64,000 bases of DNA. Source: the human T2T-CHM13v2.0 reference genome, Homo sapiens. Location: assembly GCF_009914755.1 (NCBI RefSeq), contig NC_060929.1. One strand, 5' to 3'. Both the position numbers and the translations under genes were made by a program. A model generated the notes under the pieces. It saw nothing but the letters and a program-made list of their open reading frames with translations, was not told the origin of the DNA and made no database searches. Position 1 is the first letter of the stretch, and each line of letters starts with the position of its first letter. Below, piece by piece: positions 29,800 through 42,099 of the stretch.

Positions 29800-30819
29800 A
29801 CCTTACTATGGGTCCATTATTGGAGATTTACAGGTTTCTTTTGGTGACGCTATTTTCCTTGCTTTCTTTATTTCCTTTTTTTTTTTTTTTTTAACAATTC
29901 TTGTATCTTTATGCTGATGCCCATGCATTTGCGGAGAGGGCCACCACTTCCAGCTTTTGCAGGTGTTCTTTGGGGGCGTTATATATTTATTATTTAATAC
30001 TGGAACTCAATCACTGACCTGCAATTATTTCCAATTGTGGGGAAGATTTATTATTAGCATTGGAACTTACATAGTACTTTGAAACTAAATTGTTGTCCCA
30101 CCTTTGTTTCCCGGCTTTGTGAAGACTTACTGAGAGAACCAGAATTGAAGACTCCACTGAAATTTAATCACAGATATACAATGATTTCTGGGTTTGAGGC
30201 AAACTTAAGTGACATCGGAAATTAACCACTAAACTTTTAGTTATTTCTAGGTCAGGGTAAGGCTCCATACCAGCACCTGGTGTTGCTGTGGTGTCGGAAA
30301 TCTGTTCAGTCTCTTCATCATGGTGTCTCTGCTGATCAGAACCCAGATAAACTACCACAATTTGTGTGTCAGTTACTGCATTCAGTGCTCCTACTCTTTG
30401 TCTCCAATATACCCCATGTGTTTCAGCCCCCGTGGGACTCCCAGTGCTTCTTGTGGAATAGGACCAAAGTGGGCTTCCCACAGAAATCCCAAACTACTGA
30501 AGGGATTAAAATACACCTTCAAATTCCACTTTGGAAAAAGTGGGTCGAGAAAAATTATCCGTGAGCAGCATTGCACCTCCTTGGGAAAGGGGCTAGCATA
30601 ATCTAAAACAGTTATCTTTTAGTGGTAACAGATTTTCTTATTTCTTTAGGTCCAGGGGGTGGTTTCTTCTCCCTGAAGTTCTGGTAAATATATAGTAATA
30701 TTCTTGTCTTTGATTAGTTGTTAGTGGTACTTTCATTGTGGGGGTAGGTGTGATGATGCCGGGGAATATTTTTACTATCTTGCTGATATCAATGTTTACT
30801 ATCTTGCTGATATCACTCC
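29800..30819 (-). mobile_element. L1M2-like 5' end (5'UTR with degenerate internal repeats)
   Basis: Terminus ...actatcttgctgatatcactcc resembles the L1M 5' end (gccatcttgctgacgtcactcc). Repeated gaagacttact..gaac units. Confidence 0.6.
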
Positions 30820-32372
30820 AGTTACCTTTTGTGTGTGTGTGCTTAGATTACTTAAGAGCCACTCTCCTATAAAATTTCAAGCATACAATACATTATTTTA
30901 ACTTTAGTAACTATGCTTTAACTTAAATCTCTAGAACTTAGGCACATTGTAACTACAAATGTTTACCCTTTCACCAACATCTCCTACCTACCCATCTCCC
31001 TGGCCTTTAACCCCCAGTTATTACCCTTGTACTCTCTGTTTATATGATTTTGACATTTTTAGATTTCACCTATGAGGAGCCTTCAGAAACTTCGTGGAAA
31101 GTAGAATTAATAGATAAAAATGATAATGTAAGCTTTATTTCTCAATCTAAGCTCCATTAAATTTATGACACTTTTGTAAGTGATTATTACTACCATTTAG
31201 TTCATGCTTAAAGGACTGAGAGTCCTGAGAATTTAACTGTGTTAACGCAATCATTTTACATTGTTAACGAAGATAAATAAGTGCTCTTTAAATAGTTGTT
31301 AAGATTAGGCAATGAAAAAGTCAAATAGAGACCACCGAGGAGTGTAAGCCAGAAGTATAATGATTTCCCATTGAAACTCTTACAAAATTGCTCTTGTTTG
31401 ATGAGAGGAATGAATAGGAGCATTCCTATTGTGGTGGAGAAGGACTATCTGGTACAGCTTTTCTCTGCTAAAATTTTGGCTAATTTTCTCAAAACACTCA
31501 TATAATAAGCAGATGATATTGTTATATGCCATTCCAAAAAGTCAACCAGCAAAATGTTTTGAGCATTGCCAAAAAATGTTGTGATGACTTTTACTCCTGA
31601 GTAGTCTGCTTTTGTTTGACTGGACCACTTTTACCTCTTGGTAGCCATTGCTTTGATTGTGCTTTGTCTTCAGGATTATAGTGGCAAGGCCATGTTTTAT
31701 CACCTGTTACAATTCTTCAAAAAAATCCTTCAAGTTTTGATCCCACTTGCTTAAAATTTTCATTGTAAGCTCTGCTTTTGTCTTCAGCTTACCTGGGTGC
31801 AATTTCTTTAGCACCCATTGATTGGACAGTTTTGCTCAACTCAAATTTTTCAGTCAGCTTGTGTAATCTGAATCAATTGAGATGTCTATCGTGTTCGTTA
31901 TTGTTTCTGATGGTCATTGTTGGTTCTCTTTAATTAGGGCACAAAAAAGATTTTTTTTTTTCTCTCAAAGTGAGGTGAATGGTCTGCCACTGCAGGCTTC
32001 ATCTTCAACTTCATCTCATCCCTTCTTAAAATGAATTATTCATTAGTAAACTGCTGATTTACTTGGGGAATTGTCTCCATAAATCCTTCATAAAACATTA
32101 ATCAGTTCACCATTTTAAAACTCAAACTTCACCATATATTTGATGTTTGTTCAAGCTGAATTTTAGCAAAATTTATGTTGTTCCAATAGCCTCTTTGCAA
32201 ATGGATATTTAATTCTTCTTAATGCCTTAAATTAGACCTATTCAGAAATATTAACAAGCTAATATGAGTTTATTTTGGTGCAAAATTTGGTTTTGAAATT
32301 GATGCATAGTTTTGTCGTAATACACATTTTCCATGAAGTTTTTGGTTACCCTTTGTATAATTGAGATCATGA
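30820..32372 (-). mobile_element. Continuation of the L1MA8-10 3'UTR (split by Hsmar2 at 31073-32355)
   Basis: aaatttcaagcatacaatac...tttttagatttcacc TA [Hsmar2] TA taattgagatcatg rejoins to a continuous L1MA 3'UTR. Confidence 0.8.
31073..32355 (-). mobile_element. Full-length Hsmar2 mariner DNA transposon (degenerate transposase)
   Basis: 1283 bp. Imperfect ~31-bp TIRs (tgaggagccttcagaaacttcgtggaaa ... ttttccatgaagtttttggttaccctttg). TA duplication at 31071-31072 and 32356-32357. Minus-strand 5' region matches Hsmar2 as recalled, with the start ATG changed to ATA. Confidence 0.92.
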
Positions 32373-32377
32373 CATTA

Positions 32378-32918
32378 ATCCAAAAAGACATACAAATGGC
32401 CAACAGTTATAGGAAATGTCTTCAATATCATTGGTTATCAAAGAAATGAAAATCACAACCATAATGGTATGCCGCATCACACTTGTTGGGAAGGCTATTT
32501 TTAAAAGCAAAAGATAACAGGTGTTGGAGAGGACATGCATGAAGAAAAGAGAAACTTTATACATGTTGACTTGAATGTAACTTGGTATGGCCATTATGGA
32601 AAACAGTATGGAAGTTCCTCAAAAAAACTCCTAATATCCATATGATCCAGCAATCTCACTTCTGGATATACATTCTAAGAAAATAAAATCACTATTTTGA
32701 AGAAATATCTTCCTTCCAAATTCACTTCAGCACTATTCACAATATCCTAGATTTGAAGCAATCCAAATGTCTGTGGACAGATAAATAAATAACAAAAATG
32801 TGGCATATTATGTATACAATGGTATATTATTTAGCCTTAAAATTAATAAAAATACTGCTTTTTGCAACAACATAAGTAAAACTGGAGGAGGCTAGGTTAT
32901 ATGAAATAAACCAGGTAA
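32378..32918 (+). mobile_element. Inverted L1MA ORF2 3' segment (5'-inverted part of the same L1MA element)
   Basis: aagacatacaaatggccaacag...gccattatggaaaacagtatggaagttcctc...tgaaataaaccagg. Confidence 0.85.
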
Positions 32919-33064
32919 AGATCATCTACTTTTTAATATGTAAATATGTGAATGTTTGAGTGACTTACTAAAATTTCTTATTTAAATAATGAACACTGGA
33001 TAGATTAAAATGCAATTATGTTTTACTTGGGAAAACCCATTGCTAAACTGTAATGATAGCATAT

Positions 33065-33290
33065 AATATCAATTGAGATTTACTGTGTGCCAGGTACATT
33101 GATGTATTCTTTTGCATAATATTGTGGAGTCCTTAGAAATAGTTACATTATTAAGTCAAACTGACAGATTAAGACCTGAGACTTAGAAACAGTAGGTAAT
33201 TTGACCGATATCATAGAGATGTCAAGTGTAAGAGATAGTATTTTACTCTAGCATCTCTCTTGAGAACACATGCTATCAAGCACCATGATA
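33065..33290 (-). mobile_element. MIR remnant
   Basis: ttgagatttactgtgtgccagg...acagattaagacctgagacttaga...ggtaatttg core-like motif. Confidence 0.6.
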
Positions 33291-35117
33291 CATTATTTCA
33301 TATAGCACCTCAGGAGACTGTGTTTAAAATGAGTTATTGAAATAAAAGGGTTTCAGACTTTCTATTCCACCATAAGAAGTACCAGTATAAAACAATTTTC
33401 TGTGTAAATGATTTACCTCTACCATGACAAAAAACACCAAAATAATTTCCCTCCCTTTGCTTCACATTAGAAATTAAAATTCAAGTATCTTGCACTCCTC
33501 CATTTCTTATTGTGCTCAGGTAAAGCACAGCGTAGGCACATTGGGTGAAGTCTTTGGATTTTGTTTGTAATTACATCTTAACCTTTGTATGTCTTATTTT
33601 AAAATTTAAAATTTCATGTTTCTTGATTATGCAAAATTGCAAATGATAAAAATGATCCCAGAAATTATCGACCTCTCTGTTCCTGAGAAAATAAAGAATA
33701 ATTGAACCTCTATTAATTAAAGTAACTTAAAACCTAAATTTCAAACCTCTTGTATTATATGGTTTCCCCTGCCACAGTAATATTTCTGAAACCCAGTTAT
33801 TTGTACAATCTAACTTGCTATTGACAAATATAGAATACAGTTACTAGTTAGTGCTGTCTGGGAAAAAGTTAGGCAGCAAAGTACAAGAGAATATGAAAGG
33901 CTTTCTTAAGAAATCTGAGTCATCTTCAAACCATATATTTTGAGACAATTAACACTGACTCTAAGTATTGTGCTAGTTCTGCTCATATAGTAGCCCCTTT
34001 TTGGATAGCCTTATTAATTTATCATTCTCCCTGGGTATAACAGTGAATGAATTCATGTGATTTTCTTCTAAGTTGATTAGCTTAAGAATGCACATTTTAT
34101 CTAGGTTGAGACAGAAAGAATAATTAACTTCAGGTTGCTGAAACTAATATGCAAAATTTTACAAAATTACATTATGAAAATATAAAAGCTAAGGCAGATT
34201 TTTTTTCAGATAGAGAGTATTAATCAATTTGGGACACACGAAACCATCTAACAGCAAGTCGTAAACACTTTTTAATGCCTGGTTGAGTCTGGATGGGCTC
34301 TGGATTTATTAAGAAGGCTCTGAGCCTTAATAAATATTTTTTCCTGTATGATTAGGTGGGCTTAGTGTTACTTCTCTAACCTGTAACCAAAGAAACACAG
34401 TGGAAAGAACTAATTTACCTGACTACCAGAAAAGCCCTTAATTTGCAAATCTCAGGTTGATCATAACCCTTATTTTCTTCGTTGTTGTGAGAATTAAACC
34501 AGAAATTTATGTATGTTTCCAAGCATAATACCTGATCAAAGGTAAGGCTCAGATATGCTATCTGTTATCAATTACCAAAACAAACACACAGAAATCACTC
34601 TCTACTCAGATTTATCTTGGTCTTTAGCGCATATTTAAGAAATAGGGCAGGGTTTTCTGCTCTGCTTTAGGGACTTTTCACGTTTAACCTCAAATTACCA
34701 AAGGAGAAAAAATATTTGAAAAGACACCATTATTATTTGTTACCACTTATTTACCCAAAATAAAATAAAAACATACTGTAAATGTCCCTTACTTACAATT
34801 AATCATGCAAATTGTTCTTATTTACAAATGAAAGGTGATATTTAAATTGGGAAACACCATATTCCTGTAATAATTTCTAAATTTTACAAAAGGAATATAT
34901 TTTGAGTTATATGGCATATACTAGCATTGTCATTTTGCACGTTTGATAATATAAGGGAAGAAAGACATGATGTATTATATTCTGATTATAATTTAACCAT
35001 TTTAGTTCTATGAAATGTATTATAACAATTTGCCCCAAGGTAGAAGTATAACTTTAAAAATTCTGCAGAGAATTGCTTTATAATAAGTATAATTATGTAA
35101 TTATAAAGATATTCCTT

Positions 35118-35654
35118 CCCCCAGCCAAGCTCCCCAAAGGATTATAAATCATTCTACTATAAAGACACGTGCACACATATGTTTATTGCAGCACTGTTCA
35201 CAATAGCAGAGTCTTGGTACCAACCCAAATGCCCATCAATGATAGACTGGATAAAGAAGATGTGGCACATATACACCATGGAATACTATGCAGCCATAAT
35301 AAGGATGAGTTCATGTCCTTTGCAGGAACATGGATGAAACTGGAAACCATCATTCTCAGCAAAGTAACATAGGAAGAGAAAACCAAACACTGCATGTTCT
35401 CACTCATAATTGGGAGTTGAATAATGAGAAAACATGGACACAGGGAGGGGAACATCACACACTGGTGCCTGTCAGGGGATCGGGGGCCAGGGGAGAGATA
35501 ACATTAGGAGAAATACCTAATGTAAATGATGAATTGATGGGTGCAGCAAACCAACATGACACATGTAAGAGCAACCACCAGAAGAATAAAAATTATTTGG
35601 ATCACTTTCAAACCAATAGAAGTAAAAAATAATAAATAAATAAATAAATTAAAA
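35118..35654 (+). mobile_element. 5'-truncated L1PA7/8-like element with a non-L1 segment replacing its last ~50 nt
   Basis: L1 sequence 35133-35567, (TAAA)n tail. TSD aaagatattcctt (35105-35117) and aaaggtattcctt (35655-35667). Confidence 0.92.
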
Positions 35655-36134
35655 AAAGGTATTCCTTTGGCCCAATAGGGTTTTATTTTGCTTTGGATGG
35701 TTATATTTTAGTGCTTTCTTTCATAAACAAATCTCTAAATATGTCAAGGTATTATTATGTAAGAATAAAATAGATGGGCTAAAGTTATAATAGAATCCAA
35801 TGTATCAGATATTTTTAATGCCTGGAGTACAGAAAGTTCAAAATTATACAAGATCAGCTCCATTTACAATAATAGTAATCATTCTATTTTTTCTAAATCT
35901 GTGAGTCACTTCAATAGGGTTTAATAGAAAGATATAGCAGTTGACATTTTTATAAATATTCTGGAACTTAGTCACAGGTCAGTTATATTCCACAGAAGGA
36001 ATTTCACTGGAACTGTTGCAAAATGAGCATTTTAAAAAATCCCTTTCTGATTGCTGTACTTATTTTCTCACCTTCAGAAAAGAATTTTCTTTTAAGTCCT
36101 TTTCTTGGATTCAAAAAGCAGACTATTGCTGACA

Positions 36135-36136
<2 letters not shown>

Positions 36137-36167
<31 letters not shown>
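36137..36167. repeat. (TG)15 microsatellite
   Basis: Seen directly. Confidence 0.95.
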
Positions 36168-36170
<3 letters not shown>

Positions 36171-37397
36171 ATTTACAGCACAAAATATTACTTACCTTTC
36201 TTGTGACAGTGGCAGTAGAAGTTGGAGGTAATATCATCAATGTCAATATCAAAATGTACATTTCAGCAATGTTAAAAATCACAAGTGTAGAGCACTGGAA
36301 AAAAAATGCTGTGACTCTTTCCCCTTGGGCTGCTGTTTGTCGTTTTTATTTTGGCAGATGGTGAGTGTGAGGGTTGCTGTGCTAATGAGAGAGGAAAACC
36401 AAGTCTTCTTTGAGCTCAAGGCATCATTTAAGCCACTGCTCCCTCTACTTCCAAGAGGTTCTCGAATCATAGGAAATTGAGTGATCACTATTGAAGGTAC
36501 AAAACTGGAAGTTACAGACTTAGTCTTGGCTTCTATAGAGACAGAAGTACATTTTTTATATTAAAATATTGTGCTGATTTACATTATTTTAAAATTTACC
36601 TTAATTTTAAAGGAAAAGCTAAAAGAATATTAGGGAGTAATTTATGTAGAATTTTGATTTTGTGCGCTGATGGTGGAGCATAATGCCTCTTCCTCAAGTT
36701 GCCCTAGGAAGATATACTCTCCATTCTTGATTTAAAGACCAAAGTAATAATATATTCTACAAGGACCTCTTTATTTGAGTGTTTTGTTCTCAATTAGGCT
36801 GGTGAATAGAGTTAAAATGAGAATGAGAAATAAGTACAAGAGGGATGACGCTTGGCCAATAATGGTGAAGGGGTGTTCTGTGGGCTGTCTCTCAATCCGT
36901 ATAAGTGTAAGAAGGTATGCTGCTAGAATTCAAAATAGATATTGACTTAATGGTTGGAATATTATGCTTCATTATTTGGATAAATGGATTATTGGCACCT
37001 TGGTTAAGAGAAGAACAGGGCGAATACTCCTATTTAGTTAGGGATGGATCATAGGATTGCATAACAAACAGGAAATATCACTCTAGTTTAATATGGAGTG
37101 GTGTATTAAGGCAATATACTGGGATATAATTGTCTGGGTCTCCTAAGAGGTCAGGTGAAAACTGAACCAATATGAATGAAAGTAATAAGAGAAAAAACTG
37201 ATTATGTTATATAGATACTAGATACTACACACACATATATATATGGTGTATAATTAAAAACCTATGCATTTTAACCTATTTTTCATAAGTAACAAAATAT
37301 ATACACGAAAGTTTTCACTGCTATATTTGAAGGTTGCTTAAATTTAATCAGGTAAAAAAAATTCAGCAACCACTTTTTAATCCTCTCTCCTGGAACA

Positions 37398-37593
37398 TGC
37401 TATAGAATAAATTGTGTTCCCTCAAATTCATATGTTAAAATCCTAACTCCTAATGTCACTGCATTTGGGGACAGGGTCTTCAGGAGGTAAATAATGTTAA
37501 ATGAAGTCATAGGGTGAAGTCCTGGTCAGATAATTAGATAGGATTAACATCCTTTTAAGAAGAGACACCAGAAAGCTTATTCTCTCTCTCTCT

Positions 37594-37634
<41 letters not shown>

Positions 37635-37866
37635 ATCTCTCTGTCACTGTGTGCCCTCACCTAGAAAGATGTCATGTAAGGTCACAGTGAGAGGGTGGCT
37701 GCTTGCAATCTAGACAGTAGATCTTCATCAGGAACTGAATGAGCTAGCAAGCTGTACTGGAATTTTTGCCCTCTGGAGCTGTGTGAAATTAATTTTTGAT
37801 GTTTAAGCCACCCAGTGTATGAAAGTCTGCAATATTTTGTTATGGCAGCCCTGGCTGGCTAATACC
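37398..37866 (+). mobile_element. MLT1A-family MaLR solo LTR with an internal (CT)n tract at ~37582-37640
   Basis: tgctat...tgtgttccctcaaattcatatgtt...aagaagagacaccaga...gtttaagccacccagt...ttttgttatggcagccc. Confidence 0.88.
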
Positions 37867-38828
37867 ACACATAAGCAAAAAAAATAATAATCCAGAAGGT
37901 GATACAGACAGAAGATATTCTATTCACTATTCTCACATAAGGATGCAAAAACCTACAAAAAGAAATGAGGTGAGAATACTTATGTTTTGAGAATATTTCT
38001 GTTACTATTATTTCACCTACTTTGTTTTTCCCTTCTAATCAAAAACTACAAATCCCAATCTAAGTTTTATATTTGTTTGCTTTTCTTCTTTAAAATTATA
38101 TCATCTAATTACTCAATTCAGCAGTTTCCATGTACTTTTTAAATATCTACTCCTTTCAATTAAAAAAAATAAGACTAAAGAGATTGTACATACTCTACAA
38201 TTCTAACGTTATGCACACTGTAAAACATGCAAATATTGATTTAAAAGGGTGAGTTAAAATTGGAACAGAAATTACAGTGATCTCTCTCATCATCCCAATG
38301 ATTAACTTGGTCATCATCTAGGCACCACTACATACTTCTTAGACACCACTGCACTAATCTGTAAATCATTAAAGCTTAAGAAAAAGTCAGGTTTTACATT
38401 GTGTATCTTGGTCTCCAAATAGTTAAATGATTTTTAACTGTATAAACTAATGAAGATATAAGAATTGATACTCAATATCATCCATTTCTCTTTACTTCTA
38501 GGTATTTTCTCCCCAACACATTGTTCTCAGAATTTCTGAAAGTTCACACCTTTTTACTTTTATAATTGAATACTCTCAATCCAAGAAAACTTTGTACATA
38601 ATGATATATACAGTTAGAAGATTCAAAGTTATCTTGAGCACTTTTCTCCAACAGCAGTTAATGTAGCCTGTGCTAGGTCAACACAGAGACCCAAGTCTTC
38701 ATTGAGTCTACAGTCACTATGATAAAAGAGCAGTAAGATTTCTGTGTGTGTGGCATCTAAATAGTGCTATAGGAAATAGCCACAAAATTAATAATAAATC
38801 TCACATTTTAAGTTTTAGAAATAAAACA

Positions 38829-39628
38829 AGAAGACATTTATGCAGCCAACAGACACGTGAAAAACTGTTCATCATCACTGGCCATCAGAGAAATGCAAAT
38901 CAAAACCACAATGAGATACCATCTCACACCAGTTAGAATGGCGATCATTAAAAAGTCAGGAAACAGCAGGTGCTGGAGAGGATGTGGAGAAATAGGAACA
39001 CTTTTACACTGTTGGTGGGACTGTAAACTAGTTCAACCATTGTGGAAGACAGTGTGGAGATTCCTCAAGGATCTAGAACTAGTAATACCATTTGACCCAG
39101 CCATCCCATTACTGGGTATATACCCAAAGGATTATAAATCATGCTGCTATAAAGGCACATGCACACATATGTTTATTGTGGCACTATTCACAATAGCAAA
39201 GACTTGGAACCAACCCAAATGTCCATCAATGATCGACTGGATTAAGAAAATGTGGCACATATACACCATGGAATATTATGCAGCCATAAAAAAGGATGAG
39301 TTCTTGTCCTTTGTAGGGACATGGATGAAGCTGGAAACCATCATTCTCAGCAAACTAACACAAGAACAGAAAGCCAAACACCACATGTTCTCACTCATAG
39401 GTGGGAATTGAACAATGAGAACACTTGGACACAGGAAGGGGAACATCACACACTGGGGCCTGTTGTGTGGTGGGGGAATGGGGGAGGGAAAGCATTAGGA
39501 GATACACCCAATGTAAATGATGAGTTAATGGGTACGGCACACCAACATGGCACATGTATACATATGCAACAAACATGCACGTTGTGCACATGTACCCTAG
39601 AACTTAAAGTATAATAATAATTAAAAAA
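38829..39628 (+). mobile_element. 5'-truncated L1PA5-7-like element; ORF2 C-terminal 184 codons still open
   Basis: ORF 38857-39411 includes the CCHC domain [19 protein letters not shown] and ends ...[11 protein letters not shown] agaaataaaaca (38817-38828) and agaaataaacca (39629-39640). Confidence 0.96.
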
Positions 39629-41570
39629 AGAAATAAACCAGGAATAAATATTTGCAGTGAAACAGCACAGGGCCTATTATTTCATTTCTGATGGCAGTTT
39701 GCCTACTGATTCAAATTATGTGACTTTAGGTATTTCAGATTTTAAAAAAAATTAAAGAGGATTTGAATTATTATACTGGTTTCTTTGAAATTAGGCATGC
39801 TACCATGTGCTGTGTGTTTAAATTCCGGTGCTCAATGTTTTGTGCTGAATCAGATGATAAATCAGAATGCACCCCTACTGCCTTTATGAATTTTATGGCA
39901 ATGAATGATGTTATGAAGAATTTATGAGGGGAAAATCTTCGCTAACTAAGTAGTTACTGCCTTTTCCACAGGAATAAATCCTATCTACCTGAGACCAGAA
40001 GTATAAAGTTCTTGACACTATAGGATTCGTAACTGACAGGCACAGTTCCAGGTTCTTAATCATGGAGGGATGTTTTCCTGTTATAAATGTAAAAATGAGC
40101 CAGAATAAGAAAATTAATAGAGCTCCCCAAGTAATCAATCCAAATACCCTTTGACTGTGTATGCACCACTCTGGGAGGAGACTCGGACTTTTTACTTACT
40201 GAGTAAACAATGACATTTGAACTCTTTACATACTCTCTCTTTTATTTAGAAGTTTGCATATGCATTTAGTTGCAATTGACAAGATAGCTGCATTAAGCCC
40301 TGTAAAATTATATAATTGTATTAAAATATCTGAGGTTTACACACACACACAAAAGCACTTTCATTCATTCAATCAATTCAATCATTTATACTCAGGAGGA
40401 GGGTAGTTCTCTTCCTTTGTTATTCAGTCAGATTGGGCAAATTCAGTGACTCATAGGATCATGGAATTTTATGTTCCATTTTTCTTAAAATCTTGTGAGT
40501 ACACAGTAGTTCAGATAAAGGCCTTGCTATACAAACAGAGTCTACAGTTGCCCACTCTGAACAAGCATGATTTATTTAGCTGAATTAACACATGCTGAGA
40601 GTGATATAACTTTTTATGTATACTTACTGAATAAGTCAATTTTAATGTTATTTCGCCACATGCTGAAAAGCTTACCAATAGTATTCTTCCATTCCAACTT
40701 CTGAATGTCATAAATATTGATTTAATGCAAACACCAGCTTCATTATTTACACTGTGCAATAATAATCTTGGACATGATTATGTTGAAAGTGTTGAGAATG
40801 TGTTTTAAAATATTTTCAAACTTAGTTTTAAAGAGGAAATATATGCACATGCAGTGAAATGTAAATCACCTTCCCACCACATCTCAGCCACTAGAAATGC
40901 CCTTTCCACTGATATTAGATTTGGGTATAATTTGTTTACCAATTTCCATAGATGACCCATTTATATCCTAAGATATGCGTAGACATAATACATTTTTATT
41001 CAAATGATAACATAGTTTGTATACAAATGCTAATATAGTATACATAGTATTCTAAATCTCATCTTTTAAATTTACAGTCTTGATTTTATCTTGGAGATTA
41101 TTTCCTAACAAAACATATAGTTGGCATATTTTAATGGTTACTGACATTATGTTTAATAATGCTCTATTATTTACTAAAGTCACTTGATATTTTGCCTTTA
41201 GATTATTATCAGTGTTTTGAAAGTATTAACAGTGCTACCATTTACATGCTCAGTTCATAAATGCACATTCTTTTCTAACAGTAGGTCATAAAGAATGTCA
41301 TATTCTTAACTTAGATAGATATTGACAATTGTATCCCATACTCTGATTCAATTCGTGGACTGTCTCCTCAATTGTATGGATGAGTGGCAATTTTCCATAC
41401 TTTCTCCACTACTATCATCAAATTGTTTCATTTTGTTAATTGAGTGCTGAATTACTTCAGATCATGTATCAGTTTTCCATACCACTATAGCTCTAGATGA
41501 TAGAAATATATAGTGATTTTTAAGTCACTCCTTCTTATATGAACCAGCTGACTATCGTTTTTTATTTTAG

Positions 41571-41925
<355 letters not shown>

Positions 41926-42017
41926 AAGTGCTCATTTCATATTATATTTTAGACCTCTTGTACATATCTTTTGTACATTGTGGTGTGGGGGTCCAGTATT
42001 TATAAAGGGATAGTTTA

Positions 42018-42099
42018 TTAGCTTGGTGCAAAAAAGTAATTGCGATTTTTGCCATTGAAAGTAGTGGCAAAAACTGCAATGACTTTTGCACCAACTTAA
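42018..42099. mobile_element. MADE1 MITE (Hsmar1-derived), full length
   Basis: ttagcttggtgcaaaaaagtaattgcgatttttgccatt gaaagt agtggcaaaaactgcaatgacttttgcaccaacttaa: two ~37-bp TIRs, 6-bp spacer, TA on both flanks. Confidence 0.95.

Noticed and set aside
38857-39411. Open 184-aa ORF with a CCHC motif as a possible domesticated gene
   Set aside because: It is the ORF2 C-terminus of a fairly young 5'-truncated L1, starts at GTG and has no promoter. An open frame is expected at this age.
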